From: Candidatus Saccharimonadales bacterium
GTDB taxonomy: Bacteria > Patescibacteriota > Saccharimonadia > Saccharimonadales > SZUA-47
DNA length: 64,000 nt
Direction of reading: 5' to 3'
Assembly (NCBI GenBank): GCA_041737385.1
Contig: JBGSRU010000002.1
Coordinates: 141,437 to 205,436, forward strand
Below, in pieces: positions 26,535 through 35,029 of the stretch. Numbering within the stretch: position 1 is the stretch's first letter; every line of letters begins with the position of its first letter. A program made the translations under genes and the position numbers. Under the pieces are notes generated by a model. It worked only from the letters and a program-made list of their open reading frames with translations. It did no database searches and was not told the origin of the DNA.

Positions 26535-26786
26535 ATGGAAGTCCCTAATGGCAAAACGGGTTTTGAATTAAGAGAACATGATGTAGTGCAAAAACCAGGT
26601 ATACAAGAGCAAGTGTACGCACTAACTGGTATGGATGAACTAACTTTAGAGCAACAAGTTGCTTACGAAGAAGCGTGGACACAACATATTGAGGCTTTAC
26701 GTGATGCAAATGATGGAAAACTAACCTATTACGATCTAGCCAATCAATACGCTAGGGAGCTGATCCATTCACGCAGCGACGTATAG
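26535..26786 (+). CDS. Hypothetical small acidic protein (83 aa)
   Basis: An ORF only. It has no SD, TM segment or recognisable motif. Confidence 0.5.
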   Translation: MEVPNGKTGFELREHDVVQKPGIQEQVYALTGMDELTLEQQVAYEEAWTQHIEALRDANDGKLTYYDLANQYARELIHSRSDV

Positions 26787-26812
26787 CACTTATTAGTATT
26801 TGGCCTGCTGGT

Positions 26813-27880
26813 ATGGCAGAAGACATCTTTGGTCTGGGAGACGGTTTTAACTATCCGGCTGCTCCATCTGGTCAAAGCAGCAATTTCGTGAGTGATCTTC
26901 CGGAAGCAGTTGACATGTATGACGACGCTATACTCTGGGCACTTGGGCTTGCTGACGAGCACAGAGGATCTGATGCTTGGAAATTATACACGGGTTATAG
27001 ATTTGGTGAGCCAAATCGAGGTTTCGGAAATGAATTCACCGAGAGTGAATCAAAAAAGCTAAATAGTGCAAGTATAAAATATGATTTTAGCAATGGCGGC
27101 GAGACTATAGACCAAGCAAAAATTGATGCTGCAGTTGAATTTGCTACAATTGCTCAAATCGACACATCTTTCATGTATGGTACTGGCGGAGGATCAAACA
27201 GATTCCGTAAACAAGAAGTTGAAGTTTTATTTCAAGGTGTGGAAGACAGACACTCATTTCATAATCCTCATTTGGCAGACGCTATTGTGGACGCAGTCAG
27301 GACGCGGATCATAGACTTGGTTGAACTAGATTTACCAACAATGACCGAAAAAGAAAGAGAAACCGCATTTGAAACGCTTCATACATGGCTAAATACCGCA
27401 TGTAAGAACGACCGTGATAATCGTCAATTTAAGACCCCACGCCAAACAACAAAAGGTATGATAGTTCGGCTTTATAGGCTTTTTGATGAGCACGGCTTTT
27501 ATATGCGCAATAAGGATCAGTATGCTACGTATAAACCAATTCAGCTACATGCACTTGAACTTGTAGGAGTACAAAACAGTGCTCTAAGCATGGAAATCAC
27601 TGAAACTGTAAATATTGACCATAGGAATGCACAAAAAACCTTATCAGCGAATTCTGGATACTTTTACGCAAGAATGAGTGAGCGCCTTCCAGAGGGTCAA
27701 GCGTTGCAAGCAAAATTAGCTGATCTAAACGCTTTACATGAAGCGCTAGTAGTACAGATAGGGGCAAGAAGTGAGGTAGAAACTGCTAATCGTATTCAGC
27801 GAACAAACGAAGAGCGAACTAGAGCACTTGGCGCACTCTCTAAACTAGCTGCTACCGTGACTCCTATCGTTACTGAATAG
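26813..27880 (+). CDS. Hypothetical protein (355 aa), predicted soluble with a helical/coiled C-terminus
   Basis: A long ORF with ordinary-looking codon usage and no motif I can assign. Confidence 0.7.
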   Translation: MAEDIFGLGDGFNYPAAPSGQSSNFVSDLPEAVDMYDDAILWALGLADEHRGSDAWKLYTGYRFGEPNRGFGNEFTESESKKLNSASIKYDFSNGGETIDQAKIDAAVEFATIAQIDTSFMYGTGGGSNRFRKQEVEVLFQGVEDRHSFHNPHLADAIVDAVRTRIIDLVELDLPTMTEKERETAFETLHTWLNTACKNDRDNRQFKTPRQTTKGMIVRLYRLFDEHGFYMRNKDQYATYKPIQLHALELVGVQNSALSMEITETVNIDHRNAQKTLSANSGYFYARMSERLPEGQALQAKLADLNALHEALVVQIGARSEVETANRIQRTNEERTRALGALSKLAATVTPIVTE

Positions 27881-28052
27881 GAGCCGAATTAAGTATTTGT
27901 GTACTGTGGTCATATTTGTGTCTAAACTCATAGACATATAGTAATTTGTCCGTTTGGATGATTGTATAATAATTAAAAAATGAAATCTTATTAATATTTC
28001 TCACTATTCATAAGCAATTTTGAGAATACATACTATATGATATGGTTTTCGT

Positions 28053-29054
28053 ATGAAAGCACCACATCTAGAGCAAATGCTCGCCCCACAAAACGGTGAA
28101 ATTATTGTCGCTACTGATCATTTTGACGTTAGAGAGCCCTTACGTTATATGCTGGCTGCAGCATTGACAGAGCCAAGAGAAGATCTGTCTCCATATGCAC
28201 AAACAACACAGTCCCTCATAAACCGAAGAGTGACCGGACTTTGGGTGCCTCGTAGCCAAATAGATGACTTTAGATTAATTTCGGAGATTACAAATGTTGC
28301 GCAAGGTATGAGCACATCAGCTGAACCCTATACTAGCCCAAGACAACTCAAGGTTATTTATGACACGTCTTCTTCTGGCGGTGTTGATGATATCAACAGA
28401 CACGTAAAGCACATCATCGCTAACCATCCTGCGCCCCAAATGTTATTTACTGTTTCAGTCAATGCAGAAGAAGAAGGAATGAGGTTTCTCACATCTGAAT
28501 TTGCCGAGCATCCTGATGTTGGATTTTTAATTTCAGGCGTCTATCCTGAGCATAGTCCAGATGGCATTATTAGGACGCATGACAAAAATGAGGCAGAGTT
28601 GACCTACAAAGCATCATCTCTTGCAATAAAACACGGGCTTCTCGGTGTTGTTGGATATGGTCAATTAGCCAAATACACAAAGATTGGACAGCCATATATT
28701 TCTCTCGGGGTATGCATCGGAGCGGCAGAGGACTACGTTTCTGAGGTTGGTGATTCAGGGTTTAAAGTAAGAAAACGTATGACGACACCTGAAGAAACTT
28801 ATATATTTGCTAGAAATACTTCCGTCGTGGTCGGAAGGACTTTGTTCCAACAGCAAAGTGGTAACTATATATTCCCTGATAGTGAGGGTATGACTGATCA
28901 AAAATATCTCTCTATGCAACTAATTATAGCTAGAAATTTGGTGAGGTTAATTAGAAGATTGAATGCAATACCTGTGTCACGAAGCATGAATGATGAAGAA
29001 ATAAATGAATTAGTACGCTCTTATGTTGTCCCATTGGATGCAACTGCTGCTTGA
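28053..29054 (+). CDS. Hypothetical protein (333 aa) with a faint resemblance to phosphate-binding TIM barrels of the OMP-decarboxylase/aldolase type
   Basis: IIVATDHFDV near the N-terminus, GVCIGAAED, and SVVVGRTLFQ about 38 aa later mimic the strand-1 Asp and C-terminal phosphate-grip VVGR spacing of that superfamily. The DxKxxD catalytic motif is absent. Confidence 0.7.
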   Translation: MKAPHLEQMLAPQNGEIIVATDHFDVREPLRYMLAAALTEPREDLSPYAQTTQSLINRRVTGLWVPRSQIDDFRLISEITNVAQGMSTSAEPYTSPRQLKVIYDTSSSGGVDDINRHVKHIIANHPAPQMLFTVSVNAEEEGMRFLTSEFAEHPDVGFLISGVYPEHSPDGIIRTHDKNEAELTYKASSLAIKHGLLGVVGYGQLAKYTKIGQPYISLGVCIGAAEDYVSEVGDSGFKVRKRMTTPEETYIFARNTSVVVGRTLFQQQSGNYIFPDSEGMTDQKYLSMQLIIARNLVRLIRRLNAIPVSRSMNDEEINELVRSYVVPLDATAA

Positions 29055-29079
29055 ATTTATTATTAAAGTATGCTATAAT
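29051..29079 (+). promoter_or_regulatory. Near-consensus sigma70-type promoter: TTGAAT, 17 nt, TATAAT
   Basis: The hexamers lie at 29051-29056 and 29074-29079. The -35 box overlaps the stop codon of the upstream gene. Confidence 0.6.
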
Positions 29080-29170
29080 TAAACCATGAGTATGTATAAA
29101 ATATTCGTCACACATATGTAGCCGGAGTCAGTTCTCTTGGTCTAGTTTGTAATTCATGAAATTCTATATA

Positions 29171-29196
29171 GCCGGAGAACAGTCTCCGGCTTTTTT
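29171..29196 (+). terminator. Intrinsic terminator (GCCGGAGA-ACAG-TCTCCGGC plus T6) between the promoter and the downstream operon
   Basis: A perfect 8-bp GC-rich stem and a T6 run read directly. Confidence 0.75.
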
Positions 29197-29236
29197 ATTT
29201 GTAAAAAATTTTAGAATAAGAAATGGAAATATCAAA

Positions 29237-30022
29237 ATGAGTGATTATACTAGTAGAGAAGCTGCTTTTGAGCAAGCTAGTGAGAGACTACAAAACCAAG
29301 AGGTCCAAGAGAGGGCTGATATATATCTAGGAGGTGATTGGCCTCCCGGCTTTGAGGGTACTGATAGTCCAAAGGCAGTTTATGCACCGTACCTTGCAAC
29401 AGGATCAGAAACAGAGACAGAGTTTGTATTAGACGCTAAAAAAGGAGGCTTTGAACCCGTTGTAGCAACCTATTTACGCACTGAATTTGTGACCGCAAAC
29501 GGCGCAATAGTTGACTGTTACAGACCTCCGCTTAAACTTCCTAATGGTCAACAGCAAAGGAAATGGATTGTTCCTGAGTCTGATAGGATCGGTGAGCTGG
29601 GGCAAGCCAATACTTTTTATGAAGGAGTTAATATACTAGCATTTTGGTCTGGAGTAAGAACTTTCGCCTCAAATAATGCAGGTATTAATCAGTTACCAGA
29701 AACAGTAGATTTCAGTGAATGGTACAAAAGACAAGCTATAAGATTTGGCTGGAATGAAGTTGAAAGGTCAAAATCAGGCTACTACTACAATGCTTTAATG
29801 GGGCTATATGCTTCTGGCCGAGCTGTTTTATATGACACGCCTCCAACAGAGTTTTATAATCGAATAATGAAACCTGCAGTACAGTTAGCAGAAATTGCAA
29901 TCGGAGCAAAACCAATACTGACAAATATCCTACAAGGTAAAAAGCGAGACTGGGTAGATTTAGCAGCATTGAACTCCGAACAAGTACTCTCCTTACAAGA
30001 AATAGGAAAAATAAATGCGTAA
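29237..30022 (+). CDS. Hypothetical protein (261 aa from this ATG), first gene of an overlapping three-gene unit
   Basis: The ORF-track start at 29156 would place the terminator hairpin inside the coding sequence, so ATG 29237 is preferred. No family is recognisable. Its end overlaps the next gene by 8 nt. Confidence 0.7.
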   Translation: MSDYTSREAAFEQASERLQNQEVQERADIYLGGDWPPGFEGTDSPKAVYAPYLATGSETETEFVLDAKKGGFEPVVATYLRTEFVTANGAIVDCYRPPLKLPNGQQQRKWIVPESDRIGELGQANTFYEGVNILAFWSGVRTFASNNAGINQLPETVDFSEWYKRQAIRFGWNEVERSKSGYYYNALMGLYASGRAVLYDTPPTEFYNRIMKPAVQLAEIAIGAKPILTNILQGKKRDWVDLAALNSEQVLSLQEIGKINA

Positions 30023-30932
30023 GAAAACAATTCGTATAATTGCACCTTCGTCCTGTTGGAAAAAAGATAATGAAGCAAACTACAAACGTGCTGAGAAACT
30101 TTTTACTAACGCTGGCTGGCAAGTTACTTATGGGAAAAACACTAAGAAAACAGGTTTTTTAGATACGACTTCAGCACAAATGCGTGCTATAGATTTTAAT
30201 GAAGCCTTCAATGATAATAACGTTGATGCTGTTATGGCGCTTGATGGTGGGTACTCCAGCAATAGCATATTAGATTTAATTGACTGGGACATAGTAAAAA
30301 ACAATCCAAAGCCTCTAGTAGGCTACTCAGATATAACGGTACTTCTGAACGCTGTATCAACAGCGACAAAGCAGATTACTCTGATGGGACCTATGTTTTC
30401 TACTATTGGAAAAAATGCTGATCGGCGCACGTTAGATAGTCTATTCAACAGTTTGGATAAAAAGATGACCTTTCAATATTCACCTAGTATAGAAACAATA
30501 ACTACCGTTGTGCAGAAAGGCCAAGCAAAAGGTAGACTCATAGGTGGTAATGTTGGATCTTTTTACTTACTTCAAGGGACAAAATATGCTCCAGACTTCT
30601 CGGAACCCTATATTCTGGCTATCGAAGAAGACGATGAAGCAGCCCCAAATACACTTGCTGAGTTTGATAGACGGCTAGAGTCTATTCTTCAGCAGAAATA
30701 CGCAAGGAAGAGTCTACAGGGTGTATTAGTAGGACGGTTCGAACCAACTGCTAAAGTGACTAACGAACAAGTAGCTAAAGTTCTAGAAAATAAACTACCT
30801 AAGAATATTCCGATTGTTCTAGATATGGATTTTGGGCACACGATTCCAATGGCAACTTTGCCTATAGGAGAAACTGTATGCATCGACGTGGACGTTAATC
30901 TGTCTATTGTTGTTATTAAGGATAAGCCATGA
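30015..30932 (+). CDS. S66-family LD-carboxypeptidase (LdcA/MccF-like serine peptidase)
   Basis: Nucleophile motif VGYSDITVLL, an acidic EEDDE stretch, and DFGHT supplying the catalytic His near the C-terminus. Confidence 0.85.
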   Translation: MRKKTIRIIAPSSCWKKDNEANYKRAEKLFTNAGWQVTYGKNTKKTGFLDTTSAQMRAIDFNEAFNDNNVDAVMALDGGYSSNSILDLIDWDIVKNNPKPLVGYSDITVLLNAVSTATKQITLMGPMFSTIGKNADRRTLDSLFNSLDKKMTFQYSPSIETITTVVQKGQAKGRLIGGNVGSFYLLQGTKYAPDFSEPYILAIEEDDEAAPNTLAEFDRRLESILQQKYARKSLQGVLVGRFEPTAKVTNEQVAKVLENKLPKNIPIVLDMDFGHTIPMATLPIGETVCIDVDVNLSIVVIKDKP

Positions 30933-31645
30933 AAATTTTAGTCATAGGTGGAATGCACGGAAATGAACCTTTAGGACTCCAAGTTGTTGAGATGCTTAAA
31001 CAACGACCACTAGCTAATGTAGACTCAGTAGTTGCTAATATACATGCGACTGAGGCAGGGGTTCGATTTATAGGAAAAGACCTCAACAGATCTTTCCCTG
31101 GTACTGGGGGCGAATACGAAGATATTAGAGCGAAAGAACTTTTGGAGATAGCGAAACGATACGATATCGTTTTAGACTTTCACAATACTTATTGCTCAGG
31201 AAATGACTGTAGTTTTGTGGGTGTAAACTCTATCAACAAACTTTTTGATATTTCGATTTATCTTGGTTTAAACCGAGTTATAGTTGCTGACTATGATTGC
31301 ATAAATAAATATGCAAAAAATTGCATTTCGTTAGAAGTTAGTATGGACAGTACTCGTAATAATCCCAAGCTATGGTTTGAGTTGATTGCTGGACTTTCAC
31401 GAACCGAAGAAGTGAAGGTTCAAAGAAATCAGCTTGAGAAATATAATTTCGTGTATAGGCTAACAATGGCAGATAGAACTAAGTACAATATAGATAAGCA
31501 TAACTTACTGGCATTCAAAAATATGCCACATAAGCTTGTTAAATCACTTGGTCTTGAGGGGCCAGCGTACCCCATATTTATAGAAGATAGTTATACCCCG
31601 TATAACTACGGTGGTGTTTTGAAACGTTTAAACAATAAAAATTGA
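30929..31645 (+). CDS. AstE/AspA-family (M14-like) zinc deacylase/amidase
   Basis: ILVIGGMHGNEPLG (His/Glu zinc ligands) and LDFHNT (second His). It has an ATGA overlap with the S66 gene. Confidence 0.8.
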   Translation: MKILVIGGMHGNEPLGLQVVEMLKQRPLANVDSVVANIHATEAGVRFIGKDLNRSFPGTGGEYEDIRAKELLEIAKRYDIVLDFHNTYCSGNDCSFVGVNSINKLFDISIYLGLNRVIVADYDCINKYAKNCISLEVSMDSTRNNPKLWFELIAGLSRTEEVKVQRNQLEKYNFVYRLTMADRTKYNIDKHNLLAFKNMPHKLVKSLGLEGPAYPIFIEDSYTPYNYGGVLKRLNNKN

Positions 31646-31663
31646 TGTTAGAATGGAGACAAT

Positions 31664-32959
31664 ATGACAAAAGTAAGTACGCAACCATACAAAGGTGCTA
31701 GGGATTTTTACCCTGAGGATAAACGATTCCAGCAGTGGATGTTTGATAAATGGCGACGAGTTGTTGAGCGCTACGGTTACGTAGAATACGATGCACCAGT
31801 TCTCGAACCGACGGATCTATACCTGATGAAGGGGAACGAAGAGATCATCAAAGAACAAACATATACATTTGAAGACAGAGGAGGACGCTCTGTTACGATT
31901 CGGACTGAAATGACACCGACGGTGAGCCGCATGGTAGCAGGACGACGACAAGAGTTAGCGTACCCAGCGCGTTGGTACTCTTTTCCAAACCTTTGGCGTT
32001 ATGAGCGTATGCAAAAGGGGCGGTTACGTGAGTTTTGGCAACCAAATGTTGACTTATTTGGTGTCAGTTCCATTTATGGTGAATTCGAAATGGTTCAAGT
32101 TATTGATGATTTAATCCAGGCCTTTAAAGCAAAACGTAGCTCATTTGCCATTAAGATTAATAGCCGTAAACTGGTAAATGCTGTCTTGGATCAATGCGAG
32201 ATAGCAGTCGATAAACAAATCGAAGTAATACGTTTAGTCGATAAAATACACAAACTGCCAACATCAGTTTTCGCAGGAGAGCTAGATGCTATAACTGAGT
32301 CTAAAGAAAAAAGTAAAATGATAGTAGATTTTCTAGCTTGTAAAACAGTTGATGACATCTCTGAGAATCTTCAAAACGTCCCCTCACTGATAGATATGAA
32401 AGTGTTGTTCGGTTTAATCAAATCGAAAGGAATTTCGAATGCCGTTTTTGATCCAACTATAATGCGCGGTTTTGACTACTACAGCGATATAGTTTTCGAA
32501 GTTTTTGACACCAACCCTGAAAACTCTCGAGCGATGATGGGTGGTGGTCGTTATGACGGTCTTGTCGGTCAATTTGGTGTTGAGCCTATTCCCACTATTG
32601 GATTTGCATGGGGCGACGTTGTATTTGCAGAGTTCTTGCGAGCAAATGAACTCGTACCTAAACTCTGGCTAAGTAATGAAGTAACAATTTTAATTAAAGA
32701 TGAGCAATCAGTTGTTTGGGCTACAAAAGCAGCTCAAGAGTTACGTGAAATTGGTGTTAATACAGCAGTTGACTATTCGGGTAGAAACATAGATAAACAG
32801 CTCAAGAATGCAGTAAAATCTGGGGTGCGGTATGTTTTATTTATCGGTATAGAAGATAGTAAAGAAGAGAGATACGTAATAAAAGACTTAAAAACAGGTA
32901 AAGAAGAGAAACATTCTATCGCGCGCTCAGTCAGTATAATCAAAGATTCGCGTAAATAG
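31664..32959 (+). CDS. hisS: Histidyl-tRNA synthetase
   Basis: Class II motifs (RGARDFYP, YSFPNLWRYERMQKGRLREF, GGGRYDGL) and a C-terminal anticodon-binding domain. Confidence 0.93.
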   Translation: MTKVSTQPYKGARDFYPEDKRFQQWMFDKWRRVVERYGYVEYDAPVLEPTDLYLMKGNEEIIKEQTYTFEDRGGRSVTIRTEMTPTVSRMVAGRRQELAYPARWYSFPNLWRYERMQKGRLREFWQPNVDLFGVSSIYGEFEMVQVIDDLIQAFKAKRSSFAIKINSRKLVNAVLDQCEIAVDKQIEVIRLVDKIHKLPTSVFAGELDAITESKEKSKMIVDFLACKTVDDISENLQNVPSLIDMKVLFGLIKSKGISNAVFDPTIMRGFDYYSDIVFEVFDTNPENSRAMMGGGRYDGLVGQFGVEPIPTIGFAWGDVVFAEFLRANELVPKLWLSNEVTILIKDEQSVVWATKAAQELREIGVNTAVDYSGRNIDKQLKNAVKSGVRYVLFIGIEDSKEERYVIKDLKTGKEEKHSIARSVSIIKDSRK

Positions 32960-33028
32960 ACAGTTCGAGAGCCTATCTGTTAAGATATAACCCTACTTTA
33001 AATAAACTATGAGTGATAAGGGAAATAT

Positions 33029-34306
33029 ATGAAGTTACATGTGGACAGAAAAAAAGATACGCAAGCAATCTTGGAAATAACGGCATCTGCTGACGAGCTT
33101 GCAAAGGTTAAGACAAAAGTACTTAAACAGCTTGCGCCACGGGTAAAAGTCGCTGGTTTCCGTGAAGGTAAAGTGCCAATGGAAGTCGTCGAAAAAAACA
33201 TTGATGATGCAACATTGCAGAGTGAGTTCATGAACGAAGCCATCAATATGCTGTATGTTGCTGCCCTGAAAGAAGAAACACTGCGTCCTGTTGGTCAACC
33301 ACAAGTGAATGTAACAAAGTTTGTGCCCTTTACAGAGCTAGAGTTCACGATGGATATTCCTGTTGTCGGAGAAATTAAATTACCTAACTATGCAAAATTA
33401 ACTGCAAAGAAAGCTGACGCAAAAGTAACAGCTGAGCAAGTGACAGATGTTCTTAAGAACCTACAAATCAGAGCTGCAGATAAAAAAGAAGTCACAAGAG
33501 CAGCTAAAATGGGTGACGAAGCTGTAATTGATTTCAAGGGTACGGATGTAAAAGGTGAGCCTGTAAAAGGTGCTGACGGAACAGATTATCCTATTGTTTT
33601 AGGTTCCGGAACATTTATTCCAGGGTTCGAAGAAAACGTTGAAGGTATGAAAATAGGTGAAGAAAAAAGCTTTAAAGTAACCTTTCCAAAAGACTATGGA
33701 GCCAAAGCTCTGCAAAATGCAAAAGTCACCTTTGCAGTTACACTAAAAAAAGTAAGTGAAGTAATAGAACCAAAACTTGATGATACATTTGCAAGTACGG
33801 TAGGACCATTTGAGAATTTAAAACAACTCAAAGACGACATAAAAAAACAGCTTGGACATGAATCGGATCATAAAGCCGAGCGTGACTGGGAAGCTGCAAT
33901 CGTGAATGAACTTGCCGACAAGACGAAAGTTGCTATTCCTGAATCGTTACTCGAAGAGCAAGAACAGATGGTTTTGCAAGAAGTCCGACAGAACGTCGTC
34001 CAAAAAGGAATGACATACGACGAATATATTGCAAGCTCTGGAATGACTGAAGAAGAATATATCAAAAAAGATATCAAGCCTGAAGCAGAACGACGCGTAA
34101 AAGCCGGTCTAATGTTAAGTGAAATTGCTGACAAAGAAGGAATTGATGTCACTGCTGAAGAGCTAGAAGTAAGGATTCAAGCGATGAAAGGGCAGTATAA
34201 GGATACGCAGATGCAAGCCGAGCTTGATAAACCTGAAAATCGGCGTGAAATTAACGCTAGACTTCGTTCTGAAAAAGTTATCGCTTTTCTAAAGACGCAG
34301 AAATAG
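33029..34306 (+). CDS. tig: Trigger factor
   Basis: N-terminal ribosome-binding motif GFREGKVP, a central FKBP-type PPIase (GFEENVEGMKIGEEK) and a C-terminal helical domain. Confidence 0.92.
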   Translation: MKLHVDRKKDTQAILEITASADELAKVKTKVLKQLAPRVKVAGFREGKVPMEVVEKNIDDATLQSEFMNEAINMLYVAALKEETLRPVGQPQVNVTKFVPFTELEFTMDIPVVGEIKLPNYAKLTAKKADAKVTAEQVTDVLKNLQIRAADKKEVTRAAKMGDEAVIDFKGTDVKGEPVKGADGTDYPIVLGSGTFIPGFEENVEGMKIGEEKSFKVTFPKDYGAKALQNAKVTFAVTLKKVSEVIEPKLDDTFASTVGPFENLKQLKDDIKKQLGHESDHKAERDWEAAIVNELADKTKVAIPESLLEEQEQMVLQEVRQNVVQKGMTYDEYIASSGMTEEEYIKKDIKPEAERRVKAGLMLSEIADKEGIDVTAEELEVRIQAMKGQYKDTQMQAELDKPENRREINARLRSEKVIAFLKTQK

Positions 34307-34329
34307 CAAAAGTAGTTTAATATTAGTCT

Positions 34330-34929
34330 ATGGACTTTTCTATAACACAGCTTTTTGCTGTTTTGGCGTTTCTATCGTTCGCGGGAGGATCAGTGCCATA
34401 CGTGATTGATGTCATGAGGGGAAAGACGAATCCGCACAAGATGGCAGTTGTTATATTCACGGTACTCGCCCTGATAGGGTTTGCTAGTCAATTAGTTGAG
34501 GGAGCAACACTATCACTGGTTTTTCCGGCTGTGTCCGTAATCACAAATGTAAGTATATTGCTGTTGATGAAAAACAGCCATATTGGTGCAATTACTCAAA
34601 AAGACAAAGTTACTCTGGCTCTAGCAATATTGATACTTCTAATTTGGTATATAACGGAATCAGCCGCGATTGCAATAATCCTGCTAACAGTGGTTAACAT
34701 TATTGGAAAATTCTTGACAACAAAAAAGCTTTATAAACACCCTGACTCAGAACTAATGATTGCATATGTCATGTGGATTTTGGGCAGTATATTTACAGCA
34801 TTATCTGTGGGTAGTTTAAACTGGATATTGATGCTTCCAGCAATTAACAATATAGTGACGTTGATAATTATATTGGCTGTGGTAAAAATTAGTAGAAAGA
34901 AACGGTCACTTGTTAGCACTCTGGGTTGA
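34330..34929 (+). CDS. Polytopic integral membrane protein (about 6 TM), family not recognised
   Basis: Six hydrophobic segments. It sits between tig and clpP, and its last codons overlap a CIRCE element. Confidence 0.75.
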   Translation: MDFSITQLFAVLAFLSFAGGSVPYVIDVMRGKTNPHKMAVVIFTVLALIGFASQLVEGATLSLVFPAVSVITNVSILLLMKNSHIGAITQKDKVTLALAILILLIWYITESAAIAIILLTVVNIIGKFLTTKKLYKHPDSELMIAYVMWILGSIFTALSVGSLNWILMLPAINNIVTLIIILAVVKISRKKRSLVSTLG

Positions 34930-34939
34930 CGAGTGCCAA
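34913..34939 (+). promoter_or_regulatory. CIRCE element (HrcA operator) with one mismatch: TTAGCACTC-N9-GAGTGCcAA
   Basis: TTAGCACTC TGGGTTGAC GAGTGCCAA read directly. TTGACG in the spacer is followed 19 nt later by TAGAAT (34950-34955), upstream of clpP. Confidence 0.8.
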
Positions 34940-35029
34940 CTATCTAGTGTAGAATTGTACACATGAAAGTAGATGGTGAAGTGCATAGATTTATTGAAGT
35001 AATAATAGAATTTTTTAGAGGTATTTAGT

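Noticed and set aside
29156-29236. The ORF-track start at ATG 29156 for the 288-aa version of the island protein.
   Set aside because: The extra 27 codons would run straight through a perfect 8-bp GC-rich hairpin plus T6 terminator (29171-29196), and no SD precedes 29156. ATG 29237 is preferred, although the longer form cannot be excluded without data.
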